In this document: in pieces, positions 59,893-64,000 of the stretch
Layout of the letters: the number at the start of each line of letters is the position of its first letter
How positions within the stretch are numbered: position 1 is the first letter of the stretch
Source of the DNA: an uncultured delta proteobacterium
GTDB lineage: Bacteria > Desulfobacterota > Binatia > UBA9968
Length of the DNA: 64,000 nucleotides
Reading direction: 5' to 3'
Assembly: GCA_963801935.1 (NCBI GenBank)
Contig: CAWDHA010000032.1
Coordinates: forward strand, 18,602-82,601
Notes under the pieces: generated by a model
What the model was told of the DNA's origin: nothing
The model's input: the letters and a program-made list of their open reading frames with translations, nothing else
The model's database searches: none
Translations under genes and position numbers: made by a program

Positions 59893-60423
59893 CTACCACC
59901 AGCGACCTAGATAATCTAGCCAGCTGCCGGGACCATGATGGCGTCCCTGATAGGACGGGTTTTCGGCGTAGCGCGCGACATAATCAAGTGTCGCTGCATC
60001 GCCATTGAGGCACTGGAGCACCCAGTACTGAAATGCCAGACATTGCTTCTCAGCGTCGCTGCCGGTCCAGGTGTGCGGCGCCGGTTGGGCGCCGTCGCCC
60101 CTTCTGGCAGTGTCATAGAGCCTGGCGTGATAGGCGTCATGGGCGATCGCCCCGGCGTACCAGAGCGCCGAATGCTGCCAGGTTGCTCGCCCGACGGTGA
60201 AAGTGGGCTGATTTTCCCAGGCGCGCATGCCGCTGCGTTTTCCCTGGCGGATGACCTTGACATGGCTTCGCACCAGCGAAAGCGCCTGTGTTTGCCCGAG
60301 CAGTTCGAGGGCCTCGCGCGTGCGCGCGCGGAAATTAGCATCGCCGCGCACCTCAATGCCCTCGATGTTTTCACCCGGTGTGCGACTGAGGAGAGTCATC
60401 CGTGGACGCCGGTCGAGGAGCAC
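59893..60423 (-). CDS. hypothetical protein with zincin-like H-D-x-x-H motif
   Basis: Co-oriented ORF between moxR and DUF58; WYAGAIAHDAYH then AEKQC; start uncertain. Confidence 0.6.
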   Translation of the reverse strand: MLLDRRPRMTLLSRTPGENIEGIEVRGDANFRARTREALELLGQTQALSLVRSHVKVIRQGKRSGMRAWENQPTFTVGRATWQHSALWYAGAIAHDAYHARLYDTARRGDGAQPAPHTWTGSDAEKQCLAFQYWVLQCLNGDAATLDYVARYAENPSYQGRHHGPGSWLDYLGRWW

Positions 60424-60430
60424 GCGGCGG

Positions 60431-61459
60431 CTACATGGCAGCTCTGCCGTTGCTCGATGGCTGCACTTCTAGCAACAGCCGGTCGATGATGTTCAAGGAA
60501 CTCAGACCTTCGCCTTGAGCTTTAAAGTTGGGAACGATGCGATGGCGCAGCACCGAAGGCGCCAGTGCCTGGATGTCTTCGATCGAAACCGCATAGCGGC
60601 CCTGGAGCATCGTCCGCGCTTTGGCGCCGAGAATAAGGTACTGCGAAGCGCGCGGCCCGGCGCCCCACTCGACGAACTCGTTGACAAACTGCGGCGCGCC
60701 GCTATTACCCGGTCGCGAGCGCTGCGCCAGCGCCACGGCATAAGAGACCACGTACTGCGACACCGGCACGCGCCGCACCAATTCCTGGCAGCGCAGGATG
60801 GCCGCGCCATCCATCACCTTGTGCGGTGACGGCTTTTGGGTGGAAGTAGTTTGCATGACGATCTGTATTTCGTCGTCGAATTCCGGATAGCGAATCTCGA
60901 TATTCAACATGAAGCGGTCGAGTTGCGCTTCGGGCAATGGATAGGTGCCCTCTTGTTCGATGGGGTTCTGCGTCGCCAAAACAAAAAACGGCAAGTCCAA
61001 CGGGTAAGTGGTGCCGCTGGCGGTCACTTTGTATTCCTGCATCGATTGCAGCAACGCCGCCTGGGTTTTCGGTGGGGTGCGGTTGATCTCATCGGCGAGC
61101 AGGATATTGGTGAACACCGGGCCTCTCAAAAATTGCAGACGGCGCCGCCCGGTGGTTGCGTCTTCCTGCAAGATATCGGTGCCGGTGATATCCGAGGGCA
61201 TAAGATCCGGCGTGAACTGGATGCGGTTGAAATTTAAATCAAGAATATCGGCCAGGGTACTGATCAGCAAGGTCTTGGCCAGTCCAGGCACTCCGACCAG
61301 AAGACAATGGCCCCTGGCGAACAGCGCGGTTAAAACCTCCTCGACGATGCGGTCCTGGCCGACAATGACCTTGCCGATCTCACCGAGCATGCGGTCGCGT
61401 TTGGCGGCGAACTCTTCGATTTCGGCAATTTCGTGTTGTTGAATCTCGGGTGACTCCAT
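60431..61459 (-). CDS. MoxR family AAA+ ATPase
   Basis: IVGQ, GVPGLAKT, RIQFTPDLMPSD, DEINR, ATQNPIEQEGTYPLPEAQLDRF motifs. Confidence 0.96.
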   Translation of the reverse strand: MESPEIQQHEIAEIEEFAAKRDRMLGEIGKVIVGQDRIVEEVLTALFARGHCLLVGVPGLAKTLLISTLADILDLNFNRIQFTPDLMPSDITGTDILQEDATTGRRRLQFLRGPVFTNILLADEINRTPPKTQAALLQSMQEYKVTASGTTYPLDLPFFVLATQNPIEQEGTYPLPEAQLDRFMLNIEIRYPEFDDEIQIVMQTTSTQKPSPHKVMDGAAILRCQELVRRVPVSQYVVSYAVALAQRSRPGNSGAPQFVNEFVEWGAGPRASQYLILGAKARTMLQGRYAVSIEDIQALAPSVLRHRIVPNFKAQGEGLSSLNIIDRLLLEVQPSSNGRAAM

Positions 61460-61470
61460 GAAACTCCTTT

Positions 61471-63060
61471 TCAATTGGCGCCGCTGAGTTTGTCGAGATT
61501 GGCGCGCGCCGCTTTGGCCTTGTTGGCATCGCCCAGAGCAGCGTAACTGTCGACCAGCAAACGAAAGATCATCGGATTGTAAGGATTGATTTGCAGCGCT
61601 TCCTCGAGGACCAACTGCGCTTCGCGATGGTTTTTCGCGGCGTAATGGGCGCGGCCCAATTGGACATAAGTATTGGCGCTATCAGGGTCAACGTCGAGCG
61701 CTTTCTTTAGCGATTCCCGGGCATCGTCCAAACGGTTGAGCTGGATAAAAAGCCGCCCGAGCTTGTTGAGGATGACCGGCGAGTGCGGGCTTACTTGTAA
61801 CGCGCGTTGGTATTCATTCGCCGCAGCTGCGGCCCGGCCCCGGCCCATGAGCTGATCCGCCAGGTGGGTGCGGTTGCGCGCCACCGCCGACTGTATTTCT
61901 CTCAGTTCGACCGCTTCTTCGTCCTCCGTCGCGTTTTTTTTGACCCTGAGCCGGCGCACCCGGCTGCCTTCAATCGGCTTTAAACCCTTCTTCTTGAGAA
62001 AACCCTTCCATTGAGATTCGAAGGCGTCAAAGGACAGGCCGAACATGTTTTCGATCGCCTCCGGAGTGGATTTGTCATTCAAAGTGGCAAGCAGCCCGCG
62101 CATGCCGGTGCGACCTTTGCTCGTATTGATGAAGTCCACTGCCGACGCCGCCTCGGCATAAGCCAACTGCACTTGTTCCGGTGTCTCCAGGTGGATCAAC
62201 GAAGGTTCCATTTTTTTGAAACCGACGAACTGATTCTTCTCAAGAGCTTGCACCAGCAAGGTCTGATTGCCGGGAGTTAGATAATCCTCGGCGGCATCCT
62301 TGGCTATCTCTGGTTTGCGCCAGCGCGTTTCATAGAAGCGCGCCATTCCCTCGTGCAGCCAGATCGGAGCTCTGTTGTTGGTCAAGGCGACGATCGCATA
62401 GTGGAGATACTCGTGGCTCAACGAGTCCACCCAGCGGTAACCGAGGCTCAAAGCGCGCGGCGAAATGATCATCAGCTTGTTAAATTTGCAGATGCCGACG
62501 GCGCCGGTCTCTTCGATGTCGCGCAACGACAAAGTCGAGATGGCATTGAAGCTCGAAACATCCGGAGCGATTTCAACGCGCACTTTGTCCTTCGGGTAAT
62601 AGCCCAATTCGGCGCCGATCGCGCTATAACTTTTTTCCAAGGCCTCGAGCGCGTAAGGCGCGAGAATACCGTCGCGTTTCTCGTCCAGATAGAGCATGAA
62701 ATGGGCGCTCTCAAAGCGCTTCAAATTTTTGACGACATCCAGGGTGAATTGCGCGAGCAGCTTGTAAGCCTGGTGGCGCTCGTCTTTGGAGTCGACGGCC
62801 AGCGCCTTCTCAAAGGCGCCGAGCGCGTCCTGATAGCGCCCCTGATAAAATTTTAGGCGCCCGTCGAAAGCCTGCGCGCCGGCGGATTTGGCGTTTTCGC
62901 GCAACGCCCTGGCGGCGACTTCTTCCGCCTCCGCCGTGCGCCACGCGTCTAAGAGCTCATCGCCGGCTGTGAATTTGGCATCCGCTTCGGCGCCGCGGAG
63001 CTCGCCGACGCCGATCGCTGCCCAGCACAAGAGCAAGACAAGTATTTTTAACTGCTTCAT
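61471..63060 (-). CDS. exported TPR protein with peptidase MA-like domain
   Basis: Signal peptide; TPRs at both ends; HEYLH plus PIWLHEGMA gluzincin motif. Confidence 0.85.
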   Translation of the reverse strand: MKQLKILVLLLCWAAIGVGELRGAEADAKFTAGDELLDAWRTAEAEEVAARALRENAKSAGAQAFDGRLKFYQGRYQDALGAFEKALAVDSKDERHQAYKLLAQFTLDVVKNLKRFESAHFMLYLDEKRDGILAPYALEALEKSYSAIGAELGYYPKDKVRVEIAPDVSSFNAISTLSLRDIEETGAVGICKFNKLMIISPRALSLGYRWVDSLSHEYLHYAIVALTNNRAPIWLHEGMARFYETRWRKPEIAKDAAEDYLTPGNQTLLVQALEKNQFVGFKKMEPSLIHLETPEQVQLAYAEAASAVDFINTSKGRTGMRGLLATLNDKSTPEAIENMFGLSFDAFESQWKGFLKKKGLKPIEGSRVRRLRVKKNATEDEEAVELREIQSAVARNRTHLADQLMGRGRAAAAANEYQRALQVSPHSPVILNKLGRLFIQLNRLDDARESLKKALDVDPDSANTYVQLGRAHYAAKNHREAQLVLEEALQINPYNPMIFRLLVDSYAALGDANKAKAARANLDKLSGAN

Positions 63061-64000
63061 TACTCTGAGAGGTTTTTGAAGTAGCGCTCGATCTGGTCTT
63101 TCATTTGCGGCGGGATACCCTGCTTCAAGGACTCGAGAATTTCTTCGCGGAAATTGCGCGGCGTCTTGTAATCTTCCTTGCCCGGCAAACGGAAGCGCTC
63201 GAGCTCCAGCCCGGTGACGCCACCCTCGACGTCGAACTGCGGAAACTGCGGCATTCCGGGTAATGGCATGAGCATGCCTCCCGGCATGAATCGGCCCTGG
63301 CGGAAAAGCCGGGTCACCGGCATATTGCCAAGCTGGCCGCGCTGCGCCATTTGTTGCATCGCCGATTGCATTTGCTGCTGCGACTGCGACAGCCGTTCAA
63401 GCGCGCTGCGCTCAGGCGGTACCGCGCCCGGCGAATCGAGTTGGCCGAGGCGGTCCGAAGCCGCACCCATGGAGCTGCCCGCTTCTTTGATGCTCTGCAA
63501 AATTTTCGGGTCGAGGTTTGGGAAAAGCTGAAACAACGAATCGAGTTTTTCGTGCAGTTCGTCGGTCCGCTCCTGAAGCGCGCTCTGGCGCTGGGCCAAG
63601 TCGCGAACCGTTTTTTTGTCGCCTTCGTTGAGTGCCTGGCCCGGCGCGCCGACCAGCGCGTCGAGCTCGGATTTGAGATTCTTTAAAGTTTTCTCGGCGA
63701 GCTCTACTTTGGGCTGCTGCGCGGCGCTGCGCGGTTTGCCGAGCTCAGTGCGCGCCATCTTGTCGCCCTCGCCGTAGCCGGGAAAATCTTTCGCCAGGAG
63801 CTTGGCGATCAGATTCTTTACCAGCGGGTTCATGGTTGTCTCGTCGAGTTTTTTGGCAGGCTCGGGATCGTCGTCGCCGCCTTCCCGGTCCGGAAATATC
63901 TTTGTCAGCTGGCCCAGCTCTTTCAGGGCTTTTTCCAGAAAGCGTCGAGCTTCTCTTTGAGCGCGCTGTCGCGCTCGCTCAGCGCCGACTTGTTAACCCC
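63060..64000 (-). CDS. DUF4175-like coiled-coil protein, C-terminal part; 5' end outside window
   Basis: Q/M-rich coiled coil ending FREEILE..P..YFKNL, typical of MoxR clusters; upstream frame uncertain. Confidence 0.65.

Overview
A GC-rich bacterial chromosomal segment. Gene content (many NMT1/SsuA-like binding proteins, cupins, AOR paralogues) suggests Candidatus Binatia or a related deltaproteobacterial lineage; this is inference only. In order: rplY-pth, rpsF-rpsR-DUF2232-rplI, lsrF with a Zn-dehydrogenase, a cluster with two divergent tungsten-AOR-family paralogues (plus ferredoxin, class II aldolase, two Cys-less racemase-fold proteins and binding proteins), an orphan GAF histidine kinase, a Na+-pumping acyl-CoA decarboxylase operon, plsY, an OmpA lipoprotein, apbC-DUF59-Memo, a methanethiol-oxidase-like SBP56 gene paired with SCO, a cytochrome c oxidase cluster, nadX-like, TPP enzyme and MFS genes, a split ArgZ/AgrE-like pair, and a MoxR-DUF58-BatA-DUF4159 operon. 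Genes from about 36.3 to 50.3 kb carry many single-base frameshifts, most likely consensus errors. I found no tRNA, rRNA, CRISPR array or transposase. The top finding is an unassigned, highly structured, roughly 390-nt candidate ncRNA (47921-48309) with its own sigma70-type promoter and terminator. Also notable are several small non-autonomous repeat families: a module nested 0, 1 or 2 levels deep, MITEs whose ends form TAG stop codons, and heptamer hairpins, one of which encloses a four-helix-bundle gene.
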